Source of the DNA: Candidatus Eutrophosalina marina
GTDB lineage: Bacteria; Bacteroidota; Bacteroidia; Flavobacteriales; Flavobacteriaceae
Direction: 5' to 3'
NCBI GenBank assembly: GCA_038147175.1
Contig: JAYQTD010000002.1
Location: 814,570 to 878,569 of the forward strand
Length of the DNA stretch: 64,000 nucleotides
This document shows positions 27,223 through 37,479 of the stretch, piece after piece (the stretch's first letter is position 1; each line of letters opens with the position of its first letter). The notes under the pieces are model-generated. The model had not been told where the DNA came from. It ran no database searches and worked only from the letters and a program-made list of their open reading frames with translations. Both the position numbers and the translations under genes were made by a program.

Positions 27223-27726
27223 ATGAAAAAAATATTTCTACTTTTTTTAATTTTTTCTTTCTCAATGAGTGCTCAAAATGATATTTATGAAAAGACTAAA
27301 ACAATTGACTCTACTATTGAAGTTTTATATGATGTAATTTCTGGAGACAAAGGTGTAGAAAGAGACTGGGATTTATTTTTAAATCTTTTTCATAAAGATG
27401 CAAAACTTATTCCTTCAGGACCAAACCAAGGTTCTTATGGTGCTAGATTTCTGAGTCCTCAAGAATATGTTGAATCATCTGGAAAATGGTTGTTCGAAAA
27501 TGGTTTTCATGAAGTTGGTATTAAAAACACTACTGAGATTTTTGGTAATATTGCTCATGTTTTTTCTAGCTATGAGTCATTCAGAAGTAAATCTGATAAA
27601 ATTCCTTTCATGAGAGGAATAAATAGTATTCAAATGATGTATGACAATGAAAGATGGTACATAATAAATATTTTCTGGATGCAAGAATCTGAGAAAAATC
27701 AAATTCCAATTAAATATTTGAATTAA
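27223..27726 (+). CDS. Secreted NTF2-like (DUF4440/SnoaL-like) protein
   Basis: 167-aa ORF with a signal peptide (FSMSAQ). It has the size and alpha+beta cone-like pattern of the fold, and ends RWYIINIFW, which is typical of it. The assignment is tentative. Confidence 0.45.
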   Translation: MKKIFLLFLIFSFSMSAQNDIYEKTKTIDSTIEVLYDVISGDKGVERDWDLFLNLFHKDAKLIPSGPNQGSYGARFLSPQEYVESSGKWLFENGFHEVGIKNTTEIFGNIAHVFSSYESFRSKSDKIPFMRGINSIQMMYDNERWYIINIFWMQESEKNQIPIKYLN

Positions 27727-27763
27727 AAAAAGGGAATCTACTTCAAAAATAAATCCCCTCTTG

Positions 27764-27837
27764 TGACCTCGGCAGGATTCAAACCTGCAACCTTCTGAGC
27801 CGTAATCAGATGCACTATTCAGTTATGCTACGAGGCC
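27764..27837 (-). tRNA. tRNA-Arg (anticodon ACG)
   Basis: A 74-nt cloverleaf read by hand. Acceptor GGCCUCG/CGAGGUC, D-stem GCAU/GUGC, anticodon stem UCUGA/UCAGA with loop UUACGGC, variable loop AGGUU, T-stem GCAGG/CCUGC, T-loop UUUGAAU, discriminator A. No CCA is encoded. Confidence 0.9.
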
Positions 27838-27876
27838 TGCGTTGCAAAACTATAATTATTTTGATTTTTATGAAAC

Positions 27877-28509
27877 CTATCCTAAAAAATTAAACCCAAC
27901 AAAGAATAAAAGTTGAGCTAGGAAAAGATTAATAGAAAAAGTAAATTCTTTTTTAGAGTAGAAGAATTGGTAAATAGAAAGTGTCAATAAAGATGTAAAA
28001 GCCCATCCAATATAATTTTGAATTGGTGCTATAGATCCTGAAAATTCCCAATAGTCTAAGATAGGTGCAATAGGTTCTAGAGTTATATCGATTAATAGCA
28101 TCAATATAATTGCAACTACAATGGATAAGTATTTATTTTTTATAAAATGGTTTGAAATGCTTCCACATATAAAGGTTAATACAACCCAGTTTAAACCAAT
28201 TAATAAAGGAACACCTAATAACTTTAATCCAAGATTATCTCCATAATCATATTTTCCAAATATTAATCCATAATTAACTCCAAGGATTTCAGCAATCATT
28301 CCAATTGAAAAAATCAAAAAAACTATTATTATTTCTTTCTTCTTTAATGATTTTTGATTCACAAAAAGCAGAGTAGAGGATATAAATAAATTAAGAGGAG
28401 TAAGAGATGCAAATAAATTTTTATCAATGTATAAAAGCCCTACTAATCCAGATAAGTGAAAAAGCCAAATAATCCCAATCGATATTTTTTTGTTAAAATC
28501 TAAATTCAT
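27877..28509 (-). CDS. cruF: Carotenoid biosynthesis membrane protein (PF04240/DUF422; CruF-like 1',2'-hydratase candidate)
   Basis: 210-aa polytopic ORF with the family block FGKYDYGDNLGLKLLGVPLLIGLNW. Its start overlaps the crtD-like stop by 4 nt. Confidence 0.65.
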   Translation of the reverse strand: MNLDFNKKISIGIIWLFHLSGLVGLLYIDKNLFASLTPLNLFISSTLLFVNQKSLKKKEIIIVFLIFSIGMIAEILGVNYGLIFGKYDYGDNLGLKLLGVPLLIGLNWVVLTFICGSISNHFIKNKYLSIVVAIILMLLIDITLEPIAPILDYWEFSGSIAPIQNYIGWAFTSLLTLSIYQFFYSKKEFTFSINLFLAQLLFFVGFNFLG

Positions 28510-29969
28510 TTCTCAATTAAATTAGAGACAATTTTTGCTGATAATAAACATAAAGGAATTCCACCTCCTGGGTGTACACTCCCTCCACAAAAATATAAGT
28601 TAGGTATTTTTTTAAGAAAATTTGGGTGTCTTAGAAATGCGGAAAATTTATTATTACTAGAAATACCATAAAGTGATCCTTGATGTGAATTGGTGTTTGA
28701 TTCTAAATCAACAGGTGTATAAATCCTTTCCTCAACTATGTTATTGGAAATATTTTCTTTTAAAATTCTTTCGAGTTTTGAAATTATATTTGATCTAAGA
28801 GTGTTCTTGATTTTTTCCCAATCTTGCCCCGTATTAAAAGGCGAATTAACCATAACAAACCAGTTTTCACATGATTCTGGACTGTCAGAGGGAACATCTT
28901 TTGATGTAATGTTTACATAAATTGTTGGATCATCAATAATTTTATTTTCATCAAAAATGTATTTAAATTCTTTCTCATAATTATCTGAGAAGAATATGTT
29001 GTGAAGATCAAGTTGTTTATAAATCTTCTTGATTCCCCAGTAGAATATTATTGCAGAGCTGGATCTTTCCTGTTTAAGTGAATTATGATTTAATTTTTCT
29101 TTTAGTAAATATTTATAAGTTGAGTATACATCGGAGTTTGAAACTATTTTATCAAATCTTTTTAATTTATTATTTACAATAATTCCTGTTGCTTGATTAT
29201 TTTGAATTTCTATTTTTTCAACCTCTGATTCAAATTCAAATTTTACTCCTTTTCTTTCAGCTAGTCTGTATAAAGAATTGGAAATATCATTCATTCCCTT
29301 AAGGGGTATGTATGTTCCATAGTGACTTTCTAAGTGTTGTATTAAAGTCATCATTCCAGGAGTTTTGTAGGGTGAAGATCCATTGTATGTAGCGTATCTG
29401 TTAAATAGCTGTACTAAATGTTTTTCTTCAATCTCTTTTTGGTTAACCTCATCTAGATTTTTATTAATCTGATAAATATTTAGATTAAAGAGAGCTTTAA
29501 CTGTTTCATAGTTTAAGAATGAATTTATTTTATGAAGTGATTTTTCTAAAAATATTTTTCTAGTAAGATCAAATTTTTTCTTAGCCTTATTAAGATATTT
29601 TTTTATTTGTTTTCTTTCAACATTAAACTTGTTTTCACATTCATCATAAAATTTTTCTTTATCTGAATAAGCGTTAAAGATTGATTCATCTTCCCAAAAA
29701 TATTTACATGCAATTTTCTTTCTTTTGTATTTAAAATGTTCTTTTGGATTTTCACCTGAAATTTCAAATAACTCATCAACATATTGAGGCATTGTAAATA
29801 AGGAAGGTCCAGCATCAAATCTAAACTCACCTAGTTTGAATGAGGATAATTTACCGCCTGGAAAACTATTTTTTTCGTAAACCGTAACATCAAAACCCTT
29901 AGCTTTTAATCTAATTGATGTTGCTATTCCTGCAATTCCTGAACCTATGATCGCAACTTTGTTATTCAA
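28506..29969 (-). CDS. crtD: Phytoene desaturase-family FAD oxidoreductase, probably 1-hydroxycarotenoid 3,4-desaturase
   Basis: 487-aa ORF with the N-terminal dinucleotide fold VAIIGSGIAGIATSIRL...EKNSFPGGK and the C-terminal YFCGGSVHPGGGIPLCLLS signature of CrtI/CrtD enzymes. The CrtD call rests on its context with cruF and crtA. Confidence 0.7.
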   Translation of the reverse strand: MNNKVAIIGSGIAGIATSIRLKAKGFDVTVYEKNSFPGGKLSSFKLGEFRFDAGPSLFTMPQYVDELFEISGENPKEHFKYKRKKIACKYFWEDESIFNAYSDKEKFYDECENKFNVERKQIKKYLNKAKKKFDLTRKIFLEKSLHKINSFLNYETVKALFNLNIYQINKNLDEVNQKEIEEKHLVQLFNRYATYNGSSPYKTPGMMTLIQHLESHYGTYIPLKGMNDISNSLYRLAERKGVKFEFESEVEKIEIQNNQATGIIVNNKLKRFDKIVSNSDVYSTYKYLLKEKLNHNSLKQERSSSAIIFYWGIKKIYKQLDLHNIFFSDNYEKEFKYIFDENKIIDDPTIYVNITSKDVPSDSPESCENWFVMVNSPFNTGQDWEKIKNTLRSNIISKLERILKENISNNIVEERIYTPVDLESNTNSHQGSLYGISSNNKFSAFLRHPNFLKKIPNLYFCGGSVHPGGGIPLCLLSAKIVSNLIEK

Positions 29970-30634
29970 TTTAAACTTGTTTCAATATTTTTTTTAATTA
30001 TAAAACGGGTAAACATATCCTCCGAATACCAATTTCTTTTTCTTGTTTTTTTTATAATATCTGAATGATCTTTTGATTTATAAGCAAAGTTCATAACTGA
30101 ATCTAAATTTTTCCACACACTAAATGTTGCTTGAGCCAAAAAAGGTAATTCTCCTATTCCTTTATAGAATTCGACATCTTTTGCTCTTTTAATTGCATTC
30201 GAGGCTTGAGGAACATTAAGCCAAAAGTCGATTTGTTTAGATAGACGAACCTTTCCTCTAGTTATAATTCCAATTTTATCTTCTTTATTCTTTTCCACTA
30301 AACAATTTTTAAAAGGATTGATGCCGTCCCACAATCCATGTGTTTGGATTGGTTGCATGAAATAATCATGTCTTGAATATGCTTTTTTTCCAATAATTTT
30401 AGAGTGATCACTTTTTGAAATAAACTCATTAGCAAATTCTTCTTTTTTCCAAAGTATTAAAATGCTATATGTACTAAAATCAGGCCATAAAAATCCATCA
30501 CCGGCTCCAGTCCCTAGAAGTTTATAAAAAATAATTTTTGGATTATTTTCAAAAAATTTATGGGATTCAGCCATTTGCCTAAAAGCCCAAAATTTATTTG
30601 AGTTGTATTTAAAAAATGATATTGTTGTAATCAC
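29966..30634 (-). CDS. crtA: CrtA-related (spheroidene monooxygenase-like) carotenoid oxygenase/hydroxylase
   Basis: 222-aa ORF. The N-terminus TISFFKYNSNKFWAFRQM matches the CrtA-type start (SLFRF...WAFxQM). It overlaps the crtD-like start by 4 nt. Confidence 0.55.
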   Translation of the reverse strand: MITTISFFKYNSNKFWAFRQMAESHKFFENNPKIIFYKLLGTGAGDGFLWPDFSTYSILILWKKEEFANEFISKSDHSKIIGKKAYSRHDYFMQPIQTHGLWDGINPFKNCLVEKNKEDKIGIITRGKVRLSKQIDFWLNVPQASNAIKRAKDVEFYKGIGELPFLAQATFSVWKNLDSVMNFAYKSKDHSDIIKKTRKRNWYSEDMFTRFIIKKNIETSLN

Positions 30635-30684
30635 AATTTAATTATTAGTTAAAATAATAAGTAATATATTTAAAGTTACAATTA

Positions 30685-31845
30685 ATGAAAGAAAAATACG
30701 ATTATATCATCTGTGGAGCAGGACTTTCTGGATTAATTTTAGCGAGCCGAATATTTGAAGATCGTTTTTTTGATGATAAGAACATTTTGTTAATTGATAA
30801 GGATCTAAAATCTTCTGTAAATAAAACATGGTGCTTTTGGGAAACAGGAAACTCTGTATGGAAAGATTATATTGTCAAATCATGGGATACTGTAATTTTT
30901 AAATCTAAAGGGTTTAAAAAAGAAAAATCATTAAAAAATTATTCTTACAAGATGATAAAATCTAAATTCTTTTTGGATAGTATCATTAATAAAATAAAGC
31001 AGGCAAACAATTTTGATTTTTTTCAGGATGAAATTGTTGATTTTATTGAATCAGAAAATAATGTCTTAGTTAAGACTAAATCAAATCAATTTTTAGCGAA
31101 TAACGTATTCAATAGTTGTGTTGATATTGATGAAATTAAGTCTAAAACTTCATATCCTTTTTTACTCCAACATTTTTTAGGATGGACAATAGAAACTGAA
31201 GAAAGTGTTTTTAATGAAAAGAAAGCTACAATAATGGATTTTTCGATTGATCAAAAAGATGAAACTAGATTTTTTTATGTCCTACCTCTTTCTGATAAAA
31301 AAGCTTTGATTGAGTTTACAGTTTTCTCAAAAGATTTGTTAAAAAAAGATGAGTACGAGTTAGAATTAATAAAGTATATAAAGTCTCTTAAAATTGATAA
31401 GTATAAAATAATTGAGAATGAATTTGGGGTAATTCCTATGACCTGCTATCCTTTTGAAAGGAAAAATACATCAAAAATACTCAATATAGGTACTGCTGGA
31501 GGCTGGACAAAACCTTCCTCTGGTTATACATTTAAGTTTATTGAAAAAAACACAATTAAATTACTAGCACATATAAAAAAGAACACTCAATTTTCAAATT
31601 TTAAAATCAAAACGAGACATTGGATTTATGACTTAATTTTTCTTGATGTTTTGTATAAAAATAATTATTTAGGAAGTAATTTATTTACAAAGATGTTTTC
31701 TAAAAATCCTATGGAAAAAATTTTTATGTTTCTAGACAATGAAACATCCATCACAGATGAATTAAAGATTACAGCATCATTTCCAAAAAGAATTTTTACT
31801 AACTCATTGGTAAATAATATTGGTAAAATAATTAGAGGCTATTGA
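30685..31845 (+). CDS. crtY: Lycopene beta-cyclase (CrtY type)
   Basis: 386-aa ORF with the FAD fold YDYIICGAGLSGLILASRI and FLQHFLGW / GTAGGWTKPSSGYTF blocks typical of CrtY/CrtL cyclases. It is divergent from the crtA-crtD-cruF operon. Confidence 0.8.
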   Translation: MKEKYDYIICGAGLSGLILASRIFEDRFFDDKNILLIDKDLKSSVNKTWCFWETGNSVWKDYIVKSWDTVIFKSKGFKKEKSLKNYSYKMIKSKFFLDSIINKIKQANNFDFFQDEIVDFIESENNVLVKTKSNQFLANNVFNSCVDIDEIKSKTSYPFLLQHFLGWTIETEESVFNEKKATIMDFSIDQKDETRFFYVLPLSDKKALIEFTVFSKDLLKKDEYELELIKYIKSLKIDKYKIIENEFGVIPMTCYPFERKNTSKILNIGTAGGWTKPSSGYTFKFIEKNTIKLLAHIKKNTQFSNFKIKTRHWIYDLIFLDVLYKNNYLGSNLFTKMFSKNPMEKIFMFLDNETSITDELKITASFPKRIFTNSLVNNIGKIIRGY

Positions 31846-32807
31846 TAAATTTCAATTTTAGTTTCTCCATCTGAATTAATATATCCTCTATACATTCCTT
31901 TAGTATTAAAATCCATCATAATATTACCATCGCTGTCAATTCCAATTACACCACCACTTCCGCCAAGATCTTTCACTTTTTTTAAAGTATTTTTAGCAGC
32001 CTGGTTAATATCAATTTTTAAATAATCTATTTGAGAAGAAATATCATAAGCAACTACATTTCTGATAAAATATTCGCCCCAACCGGTTGATGATATGCCA
32101 CAAGTTTTATTGTTAGCATAAGTACCTGCTCCAATAATTGGTACATCACCAATTCTATTCCATTTTTTATTTGTCATTCCACCTGTTGATGTCCCACTTG
32201 TTATATTTCCAAATTTATCAAGTGCAACACAACCTACTGTTCCAAATTTATTGTCTTGAATTGAATCTCTTTTTTTAGCATTTCTTACTGAATTTAATCT
32301 TCTCTCAGTAATAAAACTATTGTTTTCAACAGTTTCAAATCCTTTAGAAACTGCGAAATCCTCAGCTCCTTCTCCAGATAAAAAAACATGTTCAGACTCC
32401 TCCATTACTTTTCTAGCTAATGAAATGGGATTTTTTATTTGCTTTATTCCAGATATTGCACCTGCATTTAAATTGTGACCCGTCATTATGGAGGCATCCA
32501 TTTCAACCTCTTCATTATTAGATAGAACCGAACCTCTTCCTGCATTAAAAAGTTCAGAGTCCTCAAGGATTTTAATAGCAGCTTCAACTGCATCTACGCT
32601 TGTTCCACTGTTTTTTAAAATATAGTGTCCTGCCTCTAAAGCTTCTTTCATTTTATCTCTATATGCAGTCTCTAATTCATTACTCATATTTTCTTTAAGA
32701 ATTGTACCTGCGCCACCGTGAATAACAATAGCAAATTCATTTTTATTCACTGTCTCACATGAAATAATCAAAAGAATGAGTACCAATAATGTATATGTTT
32801 TTTTCAT
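31839..32807 (-). CDS. Isoaspartyl peptidase / L-asparaginase (Ntn hydrolase, plant type)
   Basis: The ORF is open to 32840. The ATG at 32807 gives the lipoprotein signal MKKTYTLLVLILLIISC. The autoprocessing site GTVGCVALD and the HGGAG and GAGTYA blocks are present. Confidence 0.85.
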   Translation of the reverse strand: MKKTYTLLVLILLIISCETVNKNEFAIVIHGGAGTILKENMSNELETAYRDKMKEALEAGHYILKNSGTSVDAVEAAIKILEDSELFNAGRGSVLSNNEEVEMDASIMTGHNLNAGAISGIKQIKNPISLARKVMEESEHVFLSGEGAEDFAVSKGFETVENNSFITERRLNSVRNAKKRDSIQDNKFGTVGCVALDKFGNITSGTSTGGMTNKKWNRIGDVPIIGAGTYANNKTCGISSTGWGEYFIRNVVAYDISSQIDYLKIDINQAAKNTLKKVKDLGGSGGVIGIDSDGNIMMDFNTKGMYRGYINSDGETKIEIYQ

Positions 32808-32999
32808 CTTAGTGCTTTTGTGGTTATTATGTATCTCCAATAAATGATTGCTAATTGAAGTTTTGTGGCTTTTGAAAGATTTAACCTTCTTTTAGTGTAA
32901 CTAGGTAAAATGATTTTATTTAACAAAGCTAAAAATCTATATATAAGTTTTAAATTCATTTAAATGCAATATACAATACATGTATTATCTTAGCAACTA

Positions 33000-33935
33000 A
33001 TGATTTTTGAAGTCTTTTTTCTTGTACTTGGTCTTGTATTATTAGTCGTTGGAAGTGATTTGCTTTTAAGAAGCTCAGTTGATTTATCACTCAAGTATAA
33101 TGTTTCAAAGCTTGTTATAGGTCTAACTATTGTTTCATTTGCTACATCAGCTCCAGAGTTGTTAATAAGTGTAAGTTCAGTTTTAAAAGATTCTAGTGAT
33201 ATAGCTATTTCAAATGTTATTGGTTCAAATATTGCTAATATTGGAATGGTTTTTTCAATTGCATTATTATTTGTTACTATAAAAATTAAAAAGGAAAATA
33301 TTAAGTATGATTTTCCTTGGCTAATCATAGTAAGTTTATTATTTATTTGGTTTCTTCAAGATTCACAGATTGACAGGTTTGAAGGTCTTGTTTTTACTTC
33401 TGTTTTATTTCTATTTATCATTTTTAGTTTCAAAGTCAGAGCGAATGAAAATGAAGATTTAGATGACTTATCAACTTCAAACATGTCATTGAGTAAAATT
33501 TTTATTTTTCTAGCTTTATCTTCAATCCTTCTCTATTCAGGCTCTGAGCTATTTGTAGAAAGCTCAATTTTTTTCGCAAATTATTTTGGTGTTTCTGAAA
33601 GAGTTATTGGTTTAACAATGGTTGCCATGGGTACAAGTCTTCCCGAATTAGCTACAACATTGGTGGCAATATATAAGAAAGAGTTAGATATTTCAATTGG
33701 TAATATTATAGGATCTAATATTTTTAATATTCTTGCAGTAATTGGAATTACTTCAATAATAAGAACTCTTTCTATAAAAAGTTCTGAAATTTTAAGTTTT
33801 GATATTTATGTTATGTTTGCTTTTAGCGCAGTGCTTGGGGTATTTTTCTTTTTTCCAAGAAAGTACAAAATGTACTCAATTCATGGACTATTTTTATTAT
33901 CAGCATTTCTTTTATATTACTTCACTTTATTATAA
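33000..33935 (+). CDS. Ca2+/Na+ antiporter (CaCA family, YrbG-like)
   Basis: 311-aa polytopic ORF with two alpha-repeat motifs, SNVIGSNIANIG and GNIIGSNIFNIL. Confidence 0.85.
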   Translation: MIFEVFFLVLGLVLLVVGSDLLLRSSVDLSLKYNVSKLVIGLTIVSFATSAPELLISVSSVLKDSSDIAISNVIGSNIANIGMVFSIALLFVTIKIKKENIKYDFPWLIIVSLLFIWFLQDSQIDRFEGLVFTSVLFLFIIFSFKVRANENEDLDDLSTSNMSLSKIFIFLALSSILLYSGSELFVESSIFFANYFGVSERVIGLTMVAMGTSLPELATTLVAIYKKELDISIGNIIGSNIFNILAVIGITSIIRTLSIKSSEILSFDIYVMFAFSAVLGVFFFFPRKYKMYSIHGLFLLSAFLLYYFTLL

Positions 33936-33966
33936 AAAAAAACACCCCAAATTGAGGTGTTTTTTA
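33935..33966. terminator. Probable bidirectional terminator
   Basis: AAAAAAAACACC-(9-nt loop)-GGTGTTTTTT between convergent genes. The GC stem is short (5 bp) and is extended by A/T pairs. Confidence 0.5.
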
Positions 33967-33984
33967 AAGATAAAATCTTATCAA

Positions 33985-34992
33985 CTATACCTTCGCTGAT
34001 TTAACTGTTTTTATAATTCTACCAGCAATTTTGTATGGATCACCATTTGAAGCAGGTCTTCTATCTTCTAACCATCCTTTCCATCCTTTTTCAACAGTCA
34101 TAATTGGTATTCTAATAGACGCACCTCTGTCAGATACTCCATAGCTAAATTCATGAATTGATTGTGTTTCATGATCACCAGTTAATCTTTGATCATTAAA
34201 AGCACCATAAACATCAATATGTTCTTTAACTACAGGTCTGAAAGCTTCGCACACAGCCTCATAAGTTTCCTTAGAACCACAAGTTCTTAAAAGAGTGTTA
34301 GAGAAGTTTGCATGCATTCCTGAACCGTTCCAGTCAGTTGCTCCTAATGGCTTTGGATGATATTCAATAGCCAATCCATATTCTTCAGCTAATCTTTCTA
34401 ATAGATATCTAGCTACCCACATTTCATCACCAGCTTTTTTAGCTCCTTTTGCAAATGTTTGAAATTCCCATTGTCCAGCAGCAACTTCTGCATTCGTTCC
34501 TTCTACATTGATTCCAGCATCTAAACAAATGTCTAAATGTCTATCCATTACTTCTCTTCCAAATGTATTTTTACCCCCAACTGAACAATAGAATTGTCCT
34601 TGTGGAGTTTGGTCCTTTGGAAACCCTAAAGGTAGATTTGTTTCAGGATCCCACAGGAAATACTCCTGTTCGAATCCAAACCAGAAATCATTATCATCAT
34701 CATCGATAGTTGCTCTACCATTTGATTCGTGTGGAGAACCATCGGCATTTAAAACTTCAGTCATAACGATAAAACCATTTCTTCTTACCGGGTCAGGATA
34801 AATTGCTACGGGCTTTAATAAACAGTCGGAAGATCCTCCTTCTGCTTGTCTTGTTGAACTACCGTCAAATGACCACATTGGACAGTCTTCTAATTTTCCA
34901 CTAAAATCTTCAACAATTTTTGTTTTTCCTCTTAGGCTTTGAGTGGGTTTGTACCCATCTAACCATAAATATTCAAGTTTTGATTTGTTCAT
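33985..34992 (-). CDS. glnA: Glutamine synthetase type II (eukaryote-like GSII)
   Basis: 335-aa ORF starting KLEYLWLDGYKPTQSLRGKTK. It has FGFEQEYFL, EVAAGQWEFQ, NGSGMHANFS and EDRRPASNGDPY blocks characteristic of GSII. Confidence 0.9.
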   Translation of the reverse strand: MNKSKLEYLWLDGYKPTQSLRGKTKIVEDFSGKLEDCPMWSFDGSSTRQAEGGSSDCLLKPVAIYPDPVRRNGFIVMTEVLNADGSPHESNGRATIDDDDNDFWFGFEQEYFLWDPETNLPLGFPKDQTPQGQFYCSVGGKNTFGREVMDRHLDICLDAGINVEGTNAEVAAGQWEFQTFAKGAKKAGDEMWVARYLLERLAEEYGLAIEYHPKPLGATDWNGSGMHANFSNTLLRTCGSKETYEAVCEAFRPVVKEHIDVYGAFNDQRLTGDHETQSIHEFSYGVSDRGASIRIPIMTVEKGWKGWLEDRRPASNGDPYKIAGRIIKTVKSAKV

Positions 34993-35200
34993 AATAATAT
35001 AAAGTTATTAAGCCACTAAAATTAAATTTTAATTTAGTTGAAAACGAACGTGTGAGATGTTTTAATTATGTTTTTATCAACATGATAATTTTAGCATGTA
35101 ATAAATCATTTATTAATAAAATATTTTACTTTTTTTATCATTTTGTTAATTATTAGAAATCATATTTTAATCAAATGTTTTCAAAAATTGTGATATAAAC

Positions 35201-35208
35201 TATCTTTG
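35201..35208 (+). promoter_or_regulatory. Candidate -7 promoter box (TAnnTTTG)
   Basis: TATCTTTG lies 16 nt upstream of the TTG start at 35225. Confidence 0.3.
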
Positions 35209-35224
35209 TTAAATAATTAAACTT

Positions 35225-36397
35225 TTGAGCTCTTCAAATAAATATGCTGACAGGGGTGTTTCTCACGGAAAAGAAGATGTCCATAATGCAATTAAGAATG
35301 TAGATAAAGGATTGTTTCCAAAATCTTTTTGTAAAATTATTCCAGATACATTATCAAATGATTCTGAATATTGTATTATTATGCATGCTGATGGTGCTGG
35401 TACTAAATCTTCTCTTGCCTACGTTTATTGGAAAGAAACAAAAGACTTGAGTGTGTGGAAGGGTATAAGTCAAGATTCATTGATAATGAATATTGATGAT
35501 TTAATATGTGTTGGAGCTACTGAAAATATTGTAGTTTCTTCAACAATTGGAAGAAATAAAAAATTAATCCCCGGAGAAATTATTAAACAAATAATTGAAG
35601 GAAATGAAGAGGTTATTAGTAATCTGAATACGCACGGAATGAATGTGGTATCATCTGGGGGTGAGACTGCTGATGTTGGTGATTTAGTCAAAACAATAAT
35701 AGTTGATTCAACTGTTTTTTGTAGAATGAAAAGAGCCGATGTTATTGATAATGGAAATATTATCGCAGGTAATGTAATAGTTGGTCTATCTTCCTTTGGA
35801 AAAGCTAGCTATGAAGAAGAGTATAATAGCGGAATTGGTAGTAATGGATTGACATCTGCTAGACATGATGTTTTTGAAAAATCTTTAAAAAACAAATACC
35901 CTGAGTCTTTTGATAATCAAATTAGTGACGAACTAGTTTACTCTGGTACAAAAAAAGTTACTGATCGTATTGAAAATTCCCCATTAGATGCAGGTAAGCT
36001 GGTGTTATCGCCAACTAGGACTTATGCTCCTTTAATAAAAAAGATTTTTGAAGAAATTGAAAGAAAAAAAATAAATGGAATCATCCATTGTAGTGGAGGG
36101 GCACAAACCAAGATTCTTCATTTTGTTGATAAACTTCACATAATAAAAGATAATTTATTTGATCTCCCGCCAGTATTTAAACTTATTCAAAAAGAATCTG
36201 GAACCTCTTGGAGAGAAATGTATCAGGTTTTTAATATGGGGCACCGAATGGAAATATATACAGATAGATCAACTGCTGATAAAATTATCAATATTTCTAA
36301 CAGTTTCAATATAGAAGCAAAAATAGTTGGTAGAGTAGAAGATTCTAAAAACAAAAAATTAACAATAACCTCAACCTATGGTACTTTTGAATATTAA
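35225..36397 (+). CDS. purM: AIR synthase-related protein (PurM-like phosphoribosylformylglycinamidine cyclo-ligase, long Bacteroidota form)
   Basis: 390-aa ORF. A TTG start is required because there is an upstream in-frame stop and the conserved N-terminus [18 protein letters not shown] must be included. The [10 protein letters not shown] block is present. Confidence 0.75.
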   Translation: MSSSNKYADRGVSHGKEDVHNAIKNVDKGLFPKSFCKIIPDTLSNDSEYCIIMHADGAGTKSSLAYVYWKETKDLSVWKGISQDSLIMNIDDLICVGATENIVVSSTIGRNKKLIPGEIIKQIIEGNEEVISNLNTHGMNVVSSGGETADVGDLVKTIIVDSTVFCRMKRADVIDNGNIIAGNVIVGLSSFGKASYEEEYNSGIGSNGLTSARHDVFEKSLKNKYPESFDNQISDELVYSGTKKVTDRIENSPLDAGKLVLSPTRTYAPLIKKIFEEIERKKINGIIHCSGGAQTKILHFVDKLHIIKDNLFDLPPVFKLIQKESGTSWREMYQVFNMGHRMEIYTDRSTADKIINISNSFNIEAKIVGRVEDSKNKKLTITSTYGTFEY

Positions 36398-36402
36398 TAT
36401 TT

Positions 36403-37479
36403 ATGGAAGAGAAACTAAATATTATTAAACAAAGATTTACCGAGTTGTCGGATTTGATTATTCAGCCTGATATTATCTCAGATCAAAAGAAATACGTTAA
36501 AATTTCAAAGGAATATAAAGACTTAAAAGAAATAGTTGATAAGATAAACGAATACAATACTGTTAAGGAAAATATTCATGAGGCAGAAGAAATTTTAAAA
36601 TCTGAAAGTGATAAAGAAATGATAGAGTTAGCATCTTCTGAGTTGTCTTCAAATAAAGATTTAATTAATGAAATTGAAGAAGATTTAAAAATAATGCTAA
36701 TCCCAAAAGATCCTGATGATTCTAAAAATATAGTAATGGAGCTTAGAGCTGGAACTGGGGGAGATGAAGCTAGTATTTTTGCTGGAGACTTGTTTAGAAT
36801 GTATTCGAAATTTGCAGAAAAAAGAGGGTGGAAAGTTAATATTGTTGATTTAAATGAGGGAACTGCAGGCGGTTTTAAAGAAATAATCATCGAAATTAAT
36901 GGTGAAAATGTTTACGGAACATTAAAGTTTGAATCAGGAGTTCATAGAGTTCAAAGAGTTCCGCAAACTGAAACGCAAGGAAGAGTTCATACTTCTGCAG
37001 CTACAGTAATGGTTTTACCAGAAGCTGAAGAATTTGATGTTGAATTAAATATGCAAGAAGTTAGAATTGAAAGAACCACCAGCACCGGTCCGGGTGGTCA
37101 ATCAGTTAATACAACATATTCTGCTATAAAGCTTCATCATGAGCCAACTGGTTTAATTGTAAGTTGCCAAGATCAAAAATCACAACATAAAAATTTGGAG
37201 AAAGCACTAAAAGTTTTGAGAACTAGATTGTATGAGCTAGAATTAAGTAAAAAACTTGAGGAAGATTCTCAGAAACGTAGCTTGATGGTTTCTTCAGGGG
37301 ATAGATCTGCTAAAATAAGAACATATAATTATCCACAGGGAAGGGTAACTGATCATAGAATAAATTTAACTTTATATGATTTACAAAATATTGTAAATGG
37401 TGATATTGAAAAGTTAATTGATGAGCTAAAAGTTGCTCAAAATACTGAGCTTATGAAAAACGAAAATGAAAATCTATGA
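36403..37479 (+). CDS. prfA: Peptide chain release factor 1
   Basis: 358-aa ORF with the GGQ motif ([12 protein letters not shown]), the RF1-type PxT recognition loop ([18 protein letters not shown]) and [12 protein letters not shown]. Confidence 0.95.
   Translation: MEEKLNIIKQRFTELSDLIIQPDIISDQKKYVKISKEYKDLKEIVDKINEYNTVKENIHEAEEILKSESDKEMIELASSELSSNKDLINEIEEDLKIMLIPKDPDDSKNIVMELRAGTGGDEASIFAGDLFRMYSKFAEKRGWKVNIVDLNEGTAGGFKEIIIEINGENVYGTLKFESGVHRVQRVPQTETQGRVHTSAATVMVLPEAEEFDVELNMQEVRIERTTSTGPGGQSVNTTYSAIKLHHEPTGLIVSCQDQKSQHKNLEKALKVLRTRLYELELSKKLEEDSQKRSLMVSSGDRSAKIRTYNYPQGRVTDHRINLTLYDLQNIVNGDIEKLIDELKVAQNTELMKNENENL

Noticed and set aside
27727-27876. tRNA-Arg as an integration hotspot, with the 22-27.7 kb region (GH18, propellers, NTF2-like genes) as a genomic island attached to the tRNA 3' end
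   Set aside because: There is no integrase, recombinase, transposase or phage/plasmid gene anywhere in the window. I could not find a direct repeat of the tRNA 3' end that would mark an att site.
32990-33328. 112-aa minus-strand ORF
   Set aside because: It lies entirely antisense within the well-supported Ca2+/Na+ antiporter gene. Its low-complexity sequence mirrors the sense-strand hydrophobic codons.
36403-37479. Programmed frameshift or unusual recognition motif in the release factor gene (PQT instead of PAT/PVT)
   Set aside because: The gene is RF1, not RF2. Only prfB carries the programmed +1 frameshift, and this ORF is uninterrupted. The RF1 tripeptide is defined as P-x-T, so PQT is within the motif.
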